The notes beneath the pieces were generated by a model. It was not told the DNA's origin. It searched no databases and worked only from the letters and a program-made list of their open reading frames with translations. Shown here piece after piece: positions 32,883 through 44,183 of a stretch of DNA of 64,000 bases; position 1 is the first letter of the stretch, and each line of letters starts with the position of its first letter. Origin of the DNA: Candidatus Makaraimicrobium thalassicum (lineage in GTDB: Bacteria > Omnitrophota > Gorgyraeia > Tantalellales > Tantalellaceae); NCBI GenBank assembly GCA_003644505.1, contig QNCM01000002.1, positions 4,414-68,413 on the forward strand, written 5' to 3'. The position numbers and the translations under genes are program-made.

Positions 32883-33619
32883 AAGTTATTCCTGCGATAG
32901 ACTTGATGGATGAAAAGACCGTAAGGCTGGAACAGGGGCAGTATGAGCGCAGGTTGAGTTATGAGATCGGCCCGGTTGATGCCGCGCGCAGGTGGGAGGC
33001 CATGGGGGCCGAGATGATCCATATCGTGGATCTGGACGGAGCAAGGCAGGGCCGGCCCGTCAACCTTCCGGTCGTCGGGAAGATCGCAGGGACGGTCAGT
33101 ATTCCCGTTGAGGCGGGCGGCGGTTTTCGGACGGAAGAGGATATACAAAAGGCGCTTGATAGCGGAGTATGGAGAGTGGTTGTGGGGTCCAGGGCTCTTG
33201 AAGATCTTGCCTTTGCCCGGAAATGCATGGAAAATTTCGGCGAGCGGATGATAATAAGCATAGACGTAAAGGACCATGTCCCCAGTGTCCAGGGGTGGAA
33301 GAAGACCGTTAACGTGGATCTATTCACGGTTCTGGAATGGTTTTCCGGTTTTGGGGCCGGTGAGATAATTTATACGGACATAAAAAAGGACGGGACGCTC
33401 TCCGGGCCTGATATCGACAACCTCGAGCGGATATTAAGCAGAATAAAAATGAGCATGATATCCGCCGGCGGGGTCAGGACACTGGATCATATAAAACAGT
33501 TGAAGACACTGGAATCGCAGGGCCTGACCGGGGTCATAGTCGGCCGGGCCCTTTATGAAGGAACACTGGACCTGAAGGAGGCCATCGATGCTGGCAAAGC
33601 GGATAATCCCGTGTCTTGA
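32879..33619 (+). CDS. hisA: ProFAR isomerase
   Basis: [19 protein letters not shown] and [13 protein letters not shown]. Confidence 0.96.
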   Translation: MKVIPAIDLMDEKTVRLEQGQYERRLSYEIGPVDAARRWEAMGAEMIHIVDLDGARQGRPVNLPVVGKIAGTVSIPVEAGGGFRTEEDIQKALDSGVWRVVVGSRALEDLAFARKCMENFGERMIISIDVKDHVPSVQGWKKTVNVDLFTVLEWFSGFGAGEIIYTDIKKDGTLSGPDIDNLERILSRIKMSMISAGGVRTLDHIKQLKTLESQGLTGVIVGRALYEGTLDLKEAIDAGKADNPVS

Positions 33620-34343
33620 CGTAAAAGACGGACGTGTAGTAAAGGGTGTGAATTTCGTGGACCTGCGAGACGCCGGAGATCCGGTAGAAAATGCCGGGAT
33701 CTACAACGATGAAGGCGCTGATGAGCTTGTATTCCTGGATATAACCGCCAGCCACGAAAAACGGAAGACAATGGTAGACGTTGTCCGGCGTGTCGCGGAA
33801 CAGGTGTTTATGCCGTTTACTGTCGGCGGAGGGATCTCCACTAATGAGGATATACGCGGGCTTTTGAACGCAGGATGCGATAAGGTGTCGATAAATACCG
33901 CGGCTGTTGAGAATCCGGATTTCGTCAAAGAAGCCGGTGAAAAGTTCGGTTCGCAGTGTATTGTCGTTGCGATCGACGCGAAGCGGAGGACGAACGGGTC
34001 ATGGGAGGTTTACGTGAAAGGCGGCCGTGTTGCGACCGGGATCGACGCCCTGGAATGGGCCCGTAAGGCGGAAAGACTGGGGGCCGGGGAGATACTGCTG
34101 ACAAGTATGGACCGCGACGGCACGAAAGACGGATATGACGTGGAATTGACGCGGGTAGTAAGCGAGGCGGTGCGTATACCCGTAATAGCCTCCGGGGGAT
34201 GCGGAAATCTGGACCATTTTGTGGAGGTTCTCACGAAAGGCAAGGCGGATGCGGCTTTAGCCGCCTCTGTCTTTCATTTTAAGGAATTTTCGATATCACA
34301 AGTTAAAGAGTATTTGCGGGAACGCGGAGTGCCGGTCAGATAA
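33588..34343 (+). CDS. hisF: Imidazole glycerol phosphate synthase cyclase subunit
   Basis: [30 protein letters not shown] and [10 protein letters not shown]. Confidence 0.98.
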   Translation: MLAKRIIPCLDVKDGRVVKGVNFVDLRDAGDPVENAGIYNDEGADELVFLDITASHEKRKTMVDVVRRVAEQVFMPFTVGGGISTNEDIRGLLNAGCDKVSINTAAVENPDFVKEAGEKFGSQCIVVAIDAKRRTNGSWEVYVKGGRVATGIDALEWARKAERLGAGEILLTSMDRDGTKDGYDVELTRVVSEAVRIPVIASGGCGNLDHFVEVLTKGKADAALAASVFHFKEFSISQVKEYLRERGVPVR

Positions 34344-34370
34344 ATGACAAAATTCAAATGGCAAAAGGAA

Positions 34371-34757
34371 ATGTATATGGAATTTATCAAGAAACTTAAT
34401 TTTGACGAAAATGGACTGATCCCGGCGGTCATACAGGACGAAAGATCATCCCGGGTCCTGACGTTGTGCTATATGAATAAAGAAGCGCTTGAAAAGACCT
34501 TGAAGGAGAAGCAGATCTACGTTTTTCGCCGGTCAAAAGGGCGCATAATGCTTAAGGGCGAGACTTCCGGATGCGTGCAGTCCGTGCGGCAGATGTTCGT
34601 TGACTGCGGGGATAATTCCCTTCTTTTCAAGGTGGGACAGACCCGCGCTGCCTGCCATAAAGGGTATTTCAGCTGTTATTTCAGGAGAGTGAACAAAAGA
34701 GGCGAGATAGTAGTTGAGGAAGATCGGATATTTGATCCCGGGGAAGTGTACAAATAG
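34371..34757 (+). CDS. hisI: Phosphoribosyl-AMP cyclohydrolase
   Basis: GLIPAVIQD, KGETSG, DCGDNSLL and ACHKGYFSCYF. Start uncertain (34344, 34371 or 34377). Confidence 0.92.
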   Translation: MYMEFIKKLNFDENGLIPAVIQDERSSRVLTLCYMNKEALEKTLKEKQIYVFRRSKGRIMLKGETSGCVQSVRQMFVDCGDNSLLFKVGQTRAACHKGYFSCYFRRVNKRGEIVVEEDRIFDPGEVYK

Positions 34758-34766
34758 GGGCGAGAT

Positions 34767-36242
34767 ATGTATTATCCAGGCAAACAAAAATTTATGGAAC
34801 TGGCTGAAAAGGGCAATGTCATACCCGTTTATCGGGAGATACTGGCGGATTTCAGCACGCCTTTATCCGCTTTTTTAAAGATCGACAAAGGGGAGTTTTC
34901 CTATCTGCTTGAATCCGCCGAAGGCGGGGAACATATGGGCAGGTATTCTTTCCTGGGGAGTGATCCGTCGCTTATCCTCGAAAGTAGAGGTAAAGTCGTC
35001 AGCGTAAAGCGGGGCGACGAGGTCGAAACATATACGGTCAGGGAAGATCCCATCAGCGAAATAAAATCGATCATGGATAAGTTCCGGTTCGTCAAGGTGG
35101 ACGGCCTGCCCAGGTTTTGCGGTGGACTGGTGGGGTACATAGGTTATGACATGGTCCGTTTTATTGAGAACATACCTGATGAGAATGTCGAGGATTTCGA
35201 TATCCCGGATATGCAGCTCGTTCTTACGGATACCATCCTTATCTTCGACCACGTGGACCATAAGATAAAGGTGGTCTCAAACGCCATGATCAGCGGCGAT
35301 GCCGGAGAGGCCTATGACACCGCCTGCGGAAAGATAGACAGGATCATAGGAAGGCTTAAAACCGGCGCGCCAAGGTCAGAAAAGATAGAGGCCAGACCGG
35401 CCCCGGCGAAAGCGGAGTCGAATTTTTCGGAAGAAGAATTTTGCGGGATCGTTGACCGGGCCAAAGAATATATACGCGCCGGCGAGGTGATCCAGATTGT
35501 ACTTTCTCAAAGGCTGAAAAGGCGCACGGGAATGGATGCGTTTTCGATATACAGGGCGCTCAGGTCGATAAATCCTTCACCTTACATGTATTATCTTCAA
35601 TTCGGCGAATACAGGATAGTAGGTTCATCGCCCGAGATCCTGGTGAGATGTGATGAGGAGCTGGTTGAAGTCAGGCCCATAGCCGGGACCCGCAAACGGG
35701 GGGAGGACGAAGAAGAGGACCTGCGGATGGAAAAGGAGCTTCTGGCAGACCCCAAAGAAAGGGCCGAGCATATTATGCTTGTCGATCTGGGGCGCAACGA
35801 TATCGGCCGGGTATGCGATTATGCCACTGTTAAGGCGCGGGAGATAATGCGGATCGAGAAGTATTCGCACGTGATGCATATAGTCAGCGATGTCGTGGGC
35901 AGACTCAGGAAAGATAAGGATATATATGATCTCATGAGAGCTACATTCCCCGCGGGCACTGTGACCGGTGCGCCGAAAGTCAGGGCTATGGAGCTTATCG
36001 ATGAACTGGAGAATATAAGGCGCGGACCATATGCGGGTTGTGTGGGGTATATAAGTTTTTCAGGGAACATAGATATGTGTATCACTATCAGGACGATCGT
36101 GATGAGCGGGGATACCGCCTATATCCAGGCCGGCGCGGGTATTGTCCTGGATTCGGAACCGGCAAGGGAGTACCAGGAGACCATGAACAAGGCCATGGCC
36201 ATGATCAAGGCTATTGAGTTCGCTGAGAGAGGGCTGGAATGA
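34767..36242 (+). CDS. trpE: Anthranilate synthase component I
   Basis: LLESAEGG, NPSPYMYY, RPIAGTR, KERAEHIMLVDLGRND and FPAGTVTGAPK; first gene of the trp cluster. Confidence 0.95.
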   Translation: MYYPGKQKFMELAEKGNVIPVYREILADFSTPLSAFLKIDKGEFSYLLESAEGGEHMGRYSFLGSDPSLILESRGKVVSVKRGDEVETYTVREDPISEIKSIMDKFRFVKVDGLPRFCGGLVGYIGYDMVRFIENIPDENVEDFDIPDMQLVLTDTILIFDHVDHKIKVVSNAMISGDAGEAYDTACGKIDRIIGRLKTGAPRSEKIEARPAPAKAESNFSEEEFCGIVDRAKEYIRAGEVIQIVLSQRLKRRTGMDAFSIYRALRSINPSPYMYYLQFGEYRIVGSSPEILVRCDEELVEVRPIAGTRKRGEDEEEDLRMEKELLADPKERAEHIMLVDLGRNDIGRVCDYATVKAREIMRIEKYSHVMHIVSDVVGRLRKDKDIYDLMRATFPAGTVTGAPKVRAMELIDELENIRRGPYAGCVGYISFSGNIDMCITIRTIVMSGDTAYIQAGAGIVLDSEPAREYQETMNKAMAMIKAIEFAERGLE

Positions 36243-36802
36243 CTTTTGTTATAGACAATTATGATTCGTTCACATATAATCTCGTCCAATATTTAGGGGA
36301 GCTCGGGGAAGAGGTGGTCGTCTGCCGTAATGATAAGATTACGCCGGAGGGAATAGAATCTCTTTCTCCCGAAAGGATAATTATCTCGCCGGGACCGGGC
36401 CGGCCGGCCGATGCGGGAATATCGAAAAGTGTGATCCGGAAGTTCCGCGACAGGGTCCCAATACTTGGCGTATGCCTGGGGCACCAGTGTATAGCTGAGG
36501 TTTACAACGCCAGAGTCGTGGGGAGCAGCCGCATAATGCACGGAAAGGTGAGCCCTATCCATCATAACGGAGAAGGCATCTTCAAGGGTATACCTTCTCC
36601 GTTTACAGCCACGCGGTACCATTCCCTGATCGTCGAGCCGGGCAGTCTTAAACATCCCTTGAAGCTGACCGCCTGGACGGAAGAGAAAGAGGTTATGGGG
36701 ATCTGTCACGTGGATAAGCCGATATGGGGTGTTCAGTTCCATCCGGAATCCATACTGACAACGGAGGGAATGAATATTCTCAGGAACTTTATAAACAGTT
36801 AA
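36239..36802 (+). CDS. trpG: Anthranilate synthase component II (glutamine amidotransferase)
   Basis: IDNYDSFTYNL, SPGPG, GVCLGHQ and QFHPES. Confidence 0.95.
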   Translation: MTFVIDNYDSFTYNLVQYLGELGEEVVVCRNDKITPEGIESLSPERIIISPGPGRPADAGISKSVIRKFRDRVPILGVCLGHQCIAEVYNARVVGSSRIMHGKVSPIHHNGEGIFKGIPSPFTATRYHSLIVEPGSLKHPLKLTAWTEEKEVMGICHVDKPIWGVQFHPESILTTEGMNILRNFINS

Positions 36803-36803
36803 A

Positions 36804-36848
36804 TTTCCGATCCCGCACCGGGAAGCGGTTCCTTTTGCGGGATCGAAA
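36804..36848. repeat. Intergenic palindrome related to the 25722 element
   Basis: cgatcccgca ... tgcgggatcg arms with an inner ggaa/ttcc pair. Confidence 0.6.
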
Positions 36849-36873
36849 GTAAATGAAAAGCAGAAAGAGTAAC

Positions 36874-37896
36874 ATGGACATTAAAAAGGCGATCGAGAAA
36901 GTTGTCTGTTTCAGGGGCCTGACGGAAAAAGAGACACATTCGGTCTTTAGCGGGATTATGAGCGGCAGGGCCACCGCGTCCCAGATCAGCGCGTTCATAA
37001 CAGCACTCCGCATGAAGGGCGAAACAGTAGATGAGATAACCGGTGCGGCAAGGGTGATGAGGGAAAAAGCCGTCAGGATAAAAACCAGCGCCAGGACGGT
37101 CCTTGATACATGCGGGACCGGCGGGACAGGGACGGGCGCTTTTAACATTTCCACTGCCGTTGCCTTTGTCCTTGCGGGATGCGGAGTGAAAGTCGCCAAA
37201 CATGGGAACAGGACGGCATCCAGCAGGTGCGGCAGCGCGGATGTTCTGGAAGAGCTGGGAGTGAAACTTGATGTGCCTGTCCAGGTGACGGAGAGATGCA
37301 TCAGGACCATCAATATAGGTTTCCTGTTCGCTCCGGTCTTCCACAGCGCCATGCGCTATGCCGTTACCCCGCGGAAGGAAATAGGACTGCGGACGATATT
37401 CAACATTCTGGGGCCTCTGTCCAACCCGGCTTCGGCCACATGTCAGGTCCTGGGGGTATATGAGGGAGGCCTGACCGTGACGATGGCGAAGGTCCTCAGG
37501 AAGCTGGGGACAAAACGGGCCTATGTCGTGCATGGCAGGGATACACTTGATGAGGTTACCATAACCGATAGAACGATGATCGCTGAATTAAGGAACGGAA
37601 GGATAAAGTCTTATTCCGTGAGCCCGGGGACCTTCGGGTTTAAAAAAGCGGCCCTTAAGGATATCAAAGGCGGATCAGCAAAAAAGAACGCGGAAATAAT
37701 CCGGAACGTTTTGTCGGGGCAAAAGGGGCCCAGGCGGGATATAGTCCTGATGAATTCCAGTGTGGCGCTCATGGCCGCGGGAAAGGTAAAGGATCTTAAA
37801 AAGGGAGTCCGGTTCGCCGCGGCGGCTGTTGATTCCGGGGAAGCGCTGGAGAGACTGGAGGAGTTGATCAGGGTCACGAACGAAGGAGTTTCATGA
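36874..37896 (+). CDS. trpD: Anthranilate phosphoribosyltransferase
   Basis: DTCGTGG, FNIST, KHGNR and RTIFNILGPL. Start 36853 or 36874. Confidence 0.97.
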   Translation: MDIKKAIEKVVCFRGLTEKETHSVFSGIMSGRATASQISAFITALRMKGETVDEITGAARVMREKAVRIKTSARTVLDTCGTGGTGTGAFNISTAVAFVLAGCGVKVAKHGNRTASSRCGSADVLEELGVKLDVPVQVTERCIRTINIGFLFAPVFHSAMRYAVTPRKEIGLRTIFNILGPLSNPASATCQVLGVYEGGLTVTMAKVLRKLGTKRAYVVHGRDTLDEVTITDRTMIAELRNGRIKSYSVSPGTFGFKKAALKDIKGGSAKKNAEIIRNVLSGQKGPRRDIVLMNSSVALMAAGKVKDLKKGVRFAAAAVDSGEALERLEELIRVTNEGVS

Positions 37897-38669
37897 TATT
37901 ACCCAAGATCATAGAGGAAAAAAAACGCGAAGTCGACAGGGCACAAAAAAGTTTTTTTTTGAACGATCTTAAAAAAGAAGCGGAATCCATGTACATCCGG
38001 AGCATGTTCAAGAAGAACATATCCCGGAAGGGTCATATTAACCTCATAGCGGAGATAAAAAAAAGTTCTCCTTTGCGGGGTATGCTGCGCGCTGATTTTG
38101 AGCCCGTTAAGATCGCGCTTACCTATCAGGTAGCCGGCGCCAGCGCCATCAGTATCCTGACCGATGAGCGTTTTTTTGACGGAAAAATGGAATACCTTAA
38201 AATAGTGAAGGAGAGGGTAACTATACCGATTCTCCGGAAAGATTTTATCATAGACGAGTATCAGATATATGAATCCGCGGTAAGAGGCGCGGACGCAATC
38301 CTTCTGATTTCGCATATTCTTACGCAGGAAGAACTGAACCGGTATCTGGGCATCGCCAAAGGACTGGGCATGGATGTGCTTGTCGAAGTGCACAATGAAG
38401 AGGAAGTCGAAAAAGCCCTGAAAAGCCACGCATCGATGATAGGGATAAACAACCGGGATCTTATGGATTTCGGGGTCGATATCGCCGTCACGCAGAGGCT
38501 GATCCGCCTTATTCCCGAGAACAAGGTGATTGTTTCCGAAAGCGGCATAGAGAGTTATGAACAGGTGATGTTCCTGAAAAGCCTCGGGGTTAACGCCGTT
38601 TTGATCGGGGAAGCTTTTATGCGTGCCGGGAATATAGGGGAAAAGGTCAGAGAGTTGATGAAGGAATAG
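37893..38669 (+). CDS. trpC: Indole-3-glycerol phosphate synthase
   Basis: IAEIKKSSP, LRKDFI, LVEVH, GINNRDL and SESGI. Confidence 0.97.
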   Translation: MILPKIIEEKKREVDRAQKSFFLNDLKKEAESMYIRSMFKKNISRKGHINLIAEIKKSSPLRGMLRADFEPVKIALTYQVAGASAISILTDERFFDGKMEYLKIVKERVTIPILRKDFIIDEYQIYESAVRGADAILLISHILTQEELNRYLGIAKGLGMDVLVEVHNEEEVEKALKSHASMIGINNRDLMDFGVDIAVTQRLIRLIPENKVIVSESGIESYEQVMFLKSLGVNAVLIGEAFMRAGNIGEKVRELMKE

Positions 38670-38675
38670 GAATAA

Positions 38676-39353
38676 ATGGTAAAAGTCAAGATATGCGGTT
38701 TGACGAACGTGAAAGACGCTTCAAGGGCTTGTGATTACGGGGCTGATCTTCTGGGGTTCATCTTTGTCAAGGGTACCCCGCGTTACGTGGAAAATATCAG
38801 AGATATAATATCAGATCTGCCGCCGGAGGTGAAGAATAAAACGGGGAGGGTGGGACTGTTTAAGGACGAGGAACTGGAAGAAGTCGCCAGGACCGTTGCC
38901 GGCTGTGATCTGGATTACGTCCAGCTGCATGGGGAAGAGCGGCCTGATTATTGCCGCGCGCTTAAGAATATCCTGCGGGACAGGCACAATTTGTCCGCGA
39001 AGATCATCAAGACCTTCAAGATCAGAGACAGGATCCTGCCCCAGGGGCAGTACAGCCCCTGCGACTATGAGCAGGCGGACTATTTTGTTTTTGACACGTT
39101 TCATCCTGAGATTTCCGGCGGGACAGGCAGAAGGTTTGACTGGCAGGTCCTGATAAAAGAGAGGGAGCGGATAAAAAAGCCATTTTTTATCGCCGGAGGG
39201 CTTACTCCGGAGAACGTCGCGTCCGCGGTTAAGACCGTTCGTCCTTACGGAGTTGATGTCTCAAGCGGAGTGGAGGATCTTCCCGGGGAAAAGGACGAAA
39301 ACCTATTAAAGGAGTTTATCGAAAATGCGAAGAAAGCCCAGACTGCCCGATAA
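38676..39353 (+). CDS. trpF: Phosphoribosylanthranilate isomerase
   Basis: [30 protein letters not shown] and DVSSGVE. Confidence 0.97.
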   Translation: MVKVKICGLTNVKDASRACDYGADLLGFIFVKGTPRYVENIRDIISDLPPEVKNKTGRVGLFKDEELEEVARTVAGCDLDYVQLHGEERPDYCRALKNILRDRHNLSAKIIKTFKIRDRILPQGQYSPCDYEQADYFVFDTFHPEISGGTGRRFDWQVLIKERERIKKPFFIAGGLTPENVASAVKTVRPYGVDVSSGVEDLPGEKDENLLKEFIENAKKAQTAR

Positions 39354-40515
39354 CAGAGGATATTTCGGCATATTCGGGGGAGAATACGTTCCCGAGACCC
39401 TTATGCCTGCTTTAAAAGAACTTACCACAGCGTATAAAAAGATAGGCCGCTCAGCTCCCTTCAGAAAAAAGCTGAGATACTTTCTGAAAGAATATGCCGG
39501 AAGGCCCACTCCGTTGTATTTCGCGGGGAAACTTACGGAGAAGCTCGGCGGTGCAAAGATATACCTGAAACGGGAAGATCTTCTGCATACCGGCGCGCAC
39601 AAGATCAACAATACCATAGGACAGGCGCTCCTGGCGGTGGCGATGGGCAAGAAGCGCCTGGTCGCGGAGACCGGCGCCGGACAACACGGGGTGGCGACCG
39701 CTACTGTGGCGGCCCTGTTTGATCTTAAATGCGACGTATATATGGGAACCGAGGATATCGAGAGGCAGAACCTGAATGTATTCCGCATGAAGCTTATGGG
39801 CGCGAGGGTCATTCCCGTGCAGAGCGGGTCCTGCACGCTTAAGGATGCCACCAACGAGGCAATAAGGGACTGGGTTACCAATGTGCGGGATACGTATTAC
39901 GTCCTGGGGTCCGTTGTCGGCCCCCATCCTTATCCCATGATGGTCCGGGAGTTCCAGACTGTCATAGGCAAAGAAGTGCGCAGGGATATAATCCGCAGAG
40001 AGGGAAAGCTGCCCGGGTATCTCGTGGCGTGTGTCGGAGGCGGAAGTAATTCCATCGGGCTTTTTCATCCGTTTTTCAGGGACAGGAAAGTGGCGTTTAT
40101 CGGCGTTGAGGCGGCGGGATTCGGGATAAAGACCGGCCGTCACGCTGCCGCGCTTATGAAAGGCAGAGTCGGCGTATTGCACGGAAGCAAGAGTTTTCTG
40201 CTGGAGGATGATGACGGCCAGGTGAAACTCGCTCATTCCATCTCAGCAGGTCTGGATTACCCGGGGGTCGGCCCCGAACATTCATATTATAAACAGACCG
40301 GAAGGGCCGAGTATGTATCGGTGAATGACAGAGAAGCCCTTGAAGGAGTGAAGCTTCTTTCGCGGACAGAAGGTATCATTCCCGCGCTGGAGACCGCTCA
40401 CGCAGTATATTACCTTAAAAAACTGGTGAAGAGAACGGGAAAGAAAGACATAATCGTCCTGTGCTTATCCGGCCGCGGGGATAAAGATATCGATATAATC
40501 AAGAAACATATGTAG
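39325..40515 (+). CDS. trpB: Tryptophan synthase beta chain
   Basis: [25 protein letters not shown] and [13 protein letters not shown]. Confidence 0.99.
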   Translation: MRRKPRLPDNRGYFGIFGGEYVPETLMPALKELTTAYKKIGRSAPFRKKLRYFLKEYAGRPTPLYFAGKLTEKLGGAKIYLKREDLLHTGAHKINNTIGQALLAVAMGKKRLVAETGAGQHGVATATVAALFDLKCDVYMGTEDIERQNLNVFRMKLMGARVIPVQSGSCTLKDATNEAIRDWVTNVRDTYYVLGSVVGPHPYPMMVREFQTVIGKEVRRDIIRREGKLPGYLVACVGGGSNSIGLFHPFFRDRKVAFIGVEAAGFGIKTGRHAAALMKGRVGVLHGSKSFLLEDDDGQVKLAHSISAGLDYPGVGPEHSYYKQTGRAEYVSVNDREALEGVKLLSRTEGIIPALETAHAVYYLKKLVKRTGKKDIIVLCLSGRGDKDIDIIKKHM

Positions 40516-40560
40516 GGAATAGTCTTCACTAACCACTAAAATGCAGCAAAAAGGGAGAAG

Positions 40561-41364
40561 ATGAACAGGATCGATGAAACGTTCAAAAAATTAAGAGCGG
40601 ATAATAAAAAAGCTTTTATTCCGTACGTGGCTGCCGGAGACCCCGATATAAAGACAACCAAAAAAATAGTCTCTGTTCTGGCGGCAGCTGGCGCGGATAT
40701 CGTGGAACTGGGCATACCTTTTTCGGATCCCCTGGCGGACGGGCCGACAATACAGAAAGCCATTCAACGTTCGCTTTCTGCCGGCTGTTCGGTAAGAAAA
40801 GTCCTGGATATGGTCAAAGAACTGCGAGGCAAGGTGGGGATACCTCTGGTTTTCATGACCTATTACAATATTATCTTCAACTATGGCGCCGGCCGTTTCA
40901 TAAAGGACGCTAAGGCCTGCGGCGCGGACGGCGTTATAGTGCCGGATCTTCCGATGGAGGAATCCGGCGGACTGGCGGATATAGCGGATAAAGAGGATTT
41001 TTACGTTATTATGCTTGCCGCGCCCACGACACCTCCGGCGAGATTCAGGAAGATCGCGGACCGTTCCAGGGGATTTATTTATTATGTGTCACTGACAGGG
41101 GTAACCGGGGCAAGGAAGGCGCTTTCCGCGAAGCTGAACAGCGAGGTCAAAGAGCTGAAGAAGATGACGGCAAAACCCGTATGTGTGGGCTTCGGCATAT
41201 CCAATCCCGCCCAGGCCAGCGGTATAGCGAGCGCGTCTGACGGCGTGATCGTCGGAAGCGCCATAATCAAGGTAATAGAGAAGAACCTGGATGACAGGAG
41301 CAGGATGATCGCGAAGGTCGAAGCGTTCGCCGGCTCTATCGCTAGGGCGATTCACGGAGTTTAA
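40561..41364 (+). CDS. trpA: Tryptophan synthase alpha chain
   Basis: ELGIPFSDPLADGPTIQ, YYVSLTGVTG, GFGIS and DGVIVGSA. Confidence 0.98.
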   Translation: MNRIDETFKKLRADNKKAFIPYVAAGDPDIKTTKKIVSVLAAAGADIVELGIPFSDPLADGPTIQKAIQRSLSAGCSVRKVLDMVKELRGKVGIPLVFMTYYNIIFNYGAGRFIKDAKACGADGVIVPDLPMEESGGLADIADKEDFYVIMLAAPTTPPARFRKIADRSRGFIYYVSLTGVTGARKALSAKLNSEVKELKKMTAKPVCVGFGISNPAQASGIASASDGVIVGSAIIKVIEKNLDDRSRMIAKVEAFAGSIARAIHGV

Positions 41365-41382
41365 GAGATATGGAGTCGCGGT

Positions 41383-41805
41383 ATGCGGGTGATGGCGCTG
41401 GATATCGGCACGAAGAACATAGGGGTAGCAGTAAGCGATGAGACCGGCATACTCGCGCAGGCAAAGGGACCCGTCCGGAGGACAAGCACTGCGCGGGCTG
41501 TAACACGGATCAGGGAACTAGTCGAGCAATTTAACGTCGGAGAGATCGTTGTGGGATTACCGCTTAATATGAACGGTACGATGGGCAGGCGCGCTGAAGA
41601 CAGCGTGAAATTCGCCGGGATACTGAAACAGCGGACTTCTCTGCCGGTGAAATTATGGGATGAACGCTTAAGCACCAGAGAAGCGGAAGCTGTCATGATA
41701 GAGGCCTCTGTTACGCGGAAAAAGAGAAAAAAAACAGTGGATGGTCTCGCCGCGCAGATCATATTACAGGGGTACCTCGATAGTTTAGAGACGGAAAGAG
41801 GGTAA
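41383..41805 (+). CDS. ruvX: YqgF/RuvX family RNase H-fold nuclease
   Basis: MALDIGTKNIGVAVSD, VVGLP, WDERLST and AAQIILQGYLD. Confidence 0.93.
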   Translation: MRVMALDIGTKNIGVAVSDETGILAQAKGPVRRTSTARAVTRIRELVEQFNVGEIVVGLPLNMNGTMGRRAEDSVKFAGILKQRTSLPVKLWDERLSTREAEAVMIEASVTRKKRKKTVDGLAAQIILQGYLDSLETERG

Positions 41806-41809
41806 AAAT

Positions 41810-43081
41810 ATGTACAAAAAGCTGCAGGGAAAGAACGGTCTTACTGTGATAGTATCGCCGATGCCGCAGATGGCCTCGGTCTCTCTTGGAATATGGATCG
41901 GCGTAGGAGGGCGTTACGAATCTGAAAAACAGAGCGGTATAAGCCATCTCGTGGAGCACATGTTGTTCAAGGGGACGCATAGCCGGACAGCTAAAGATCT
42001 CAAAGAATCCATCGAGGGAATAGGGGGGGCGTTCAACGGTTTTACCTCCGACGAGGTAACGTGTTACATGGTGAAAGTCCCGGCAAAATATCTGGAACTG
42101 GGGATAGATATCCTGGCGGACATGGTATTGAACGCCAGGTTTGACGAGCAGGATCTCACGAGGGAGAGATTTGTCGTTTGCGAAGAGATAAAGATGTACC
42201 GCGATCAGCCGGCCGACCATGTCATGGATCTGCTGGGAGAAATAATGTGGCCGCAAAACGCCCTCGGGCGTCCGCTGACGGGCAGTATCAGTAATGTAAA
42301 AGGTTTCAGCGCGGATGAGCTGATAAGGTTCAAAGAGAATAACTACCACCCGGCTAATATCGCTGTTGTAGCGGCTGGAAGGGCCGATCCTGAAAAAGTT
42401 TTAAGTTATGCGGCACAGAGGTTCGCGGCGAAAAAAAAGAGGAAGACCCCGTCGTTCGAGACGCCAAAGGTTACCCAGAAAAGCTCCTCCATGAAGGTGT
42501 GCCGCGGGGATACAAAGCAGACGCATATCGCGATGGGGTTTCATGCCACGGACCGCAACATCCGTGAAAGGTTCGCGCTTAAGCTGATGAACGTGATCTT
42601 CGGGGGGAACATGTCATCCCGCCTTTTCGAAGAACTGCGCGAAAAATACGGCCTTTGCTATGATATATCCTCATCATACAAAAGGCACAGTGATGTGGGG
42701 GAGGTCCATATACACGCCGGAGTGGATAATAAAAAGGCTCCCCGGTCTGTCATTGCCATCCTGGATGAAGTGAAGAAATTAAGGGATCTGGGAATAACCG
42801 AAGATGAACTTGCCCGGGCGAAAGAATATGCCAAGGGACAGTTCCTTATCGCGATGGAAGGCACAGCGACCAGAATGATGTGGCTCGGGGACAAATTCAT
42901 GGTGCAGCGGCATATACCCGGGGTAAAAGATGTCTTGAGAGAGATAGACGGCGTAACGTCAGCTGAGATACACAAAGTCTGCGAAAGGATTTTCAGGGCT
43001 TCATCGGTTAACCTGGCTATGGTAGGCAGGTTGAGGGATAAAGATAAGAGTAAGATAAAAGAAGAGCTGAACAGATTATGA
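41810..43081 (+). CDS. M16 family (pitrilysin-like) zinc peptidase
   Basis: Inverted zinc motif GISHLVEHMLFKGT and GGNMSSRLFEELREK. Confidence 0.93.
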   Translation: MYKKLQGKNGLTVIVSPMPQMASVSLGIWIGVGGRYESEKQSGISHLVEHMLFKGTHSRTAKDLKESIEGIGGAFNGFTSDEVTCYMVKVPAKYLELGIDILADMVLNARFDEQDLTRERFVVCEEIKMYRDQPADHVMDLLGEIMWPQNALGRPLTGSISNVKGFSADELIRFKENNYHPANIAVVAAGRADPEKVLSYAAQRFAAKKKRKTPSFETPKVTQKSSSMKVCRGDTKQTHIAMGFHATDRNIRERFALKLMNVIFGGNMSSRLFEELREKYGLCYDISSSYKRHSDVGEVHIHAGVDNKKAPRSVIAILDEVKKLRDLGITEDELARAKEYAKGQFLIAMEGTATRMMWLGDKFMVQRHIPGVKDVLREIDGVTSAEIHKVCERIFRASSVNLAMVGRLRDKDKSKIKEELNRL

Positions 43082-44151
43082 AAGGGACTTTCCGCCTGGT
43101 CAGGGTCATGGGGATCAACATAGACATACACAGCACATTCTTGCTGCTTCTGGCTTTCTTCTTTCTGGTTATGGGGGTCAGGGGGCTTATACTTATCCTG
43201 GGTGTATTTTTCTTTGTGACGATCCACGAACTTTGTCATAGCCTGGTTGCGGCACGTTTCGGAATAAAAGTAAAGCACATAACACTTCTGCCCATAGGCG
43301 GCGTGGCATCAATGCCGGAGGCGCCGCGGGTGCCGTATCAGGAACTCCTTATATCTCTTGCGGGCCCGCTGTCGAATATGCTCATCCTGGTCATTTTTTA
43401 TTATCCTCTTCTCGCTCTTCTGGGAAAGGAAACACTGATCTATCCGCTGCGGGTCATGACGGGTCAGGTTAAGTATACCGGACAGCTCAATATCCTGGCG
43501 CATATCTACTGGATCAACCTGGTCCTGGCTGTTTTCAATATGCTGCCGTCGTTCCCCATGGACGGAGGACGGGTCCTGCGCGCGATACTGTCCTACCGCA
43601 TCGGCTATAGGGAAGCTACGGCTGTGGCTGTCAGGCTCGGGCATATATTCGCGCTGCTGTTCGCCTATCTCGGCATAGTGCACGGTCATATCTTTCTTTT
43701 GATCGTTGCGGTATTTGTTTATATGGCGGCTTCCAGCGAAGGTTTTCAGGTGGAGGTGACCGAGACTATCAAGAATTATTCCGTGCGGGATATACTGGCC
43801 AGGGATTTTATACATGTAAGGCCGGATACTCCCCTCTCAAAGGTCCTGGAGCTCATATTCCGCACACATCAGGAAGATTATCCGGTGATCGAGGACGGCC
43901 ACTTGAGGGGATTTATCACCCGGAGGGAGATTATCCGGGGGATACATGAGAAGGGTAAGGAGGCAAAGGTGGAGAAGGTGATGCGCGGGGATATACCCGC
44001 GGTCGAGATGTCTGCCGGATTGCACCTTGTCCAGAAACTCATGCAGAAATATAATACAAACGCCATGCCCGTGAAGAAAAGAGGCAATATAGTCGGTGTG
44101 GTCACCAAGGATGATATAAACAGGGTGTATCTTATGATGAGTGAACATTAA
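43078..44151 (+). CDS. Site-2 protease (M50) with C-terminal CBS pair
   Basis: HELCH, AGPLSN, FNMLPSFPMDGGR, TM helices, then two CBS-like units. Confidence 0.92.
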   Translation: MKGTFRLVRVMGINIDIHSTFLLLLAFFFLVMGVRGLILILGVFFFVTIHELCHSLVAARFGIKVKHITLLPIGGVASMPEAPRVPYQELLISLAGPLSNMLILVIFYYPLLALLGKETLIYPLRVMTGQVKYTGQLNILAHIYWINLVLAVFNMLPSFPMDGGRVLRAILSYRIGYREATAVAVRLGHIFALLFAYLGIVHGHIFLLIVAVFVYMAASSEGFQVEVTETIKNYSVRDILARDFIHVRPDTPLSKVLELIFRTHQEDYPVIEDGHLRGFITRREIIRGIHEKGKEAKVEKVMRGDIPAVEMSAGLHLVQKLMQKYNTNAMPVKKRGNIVGVVTKDDINRVYLMMSEH

Positions 44152-44183
44152 CGCGCCTAAATAGGGATATAGAAAGGACAGGA

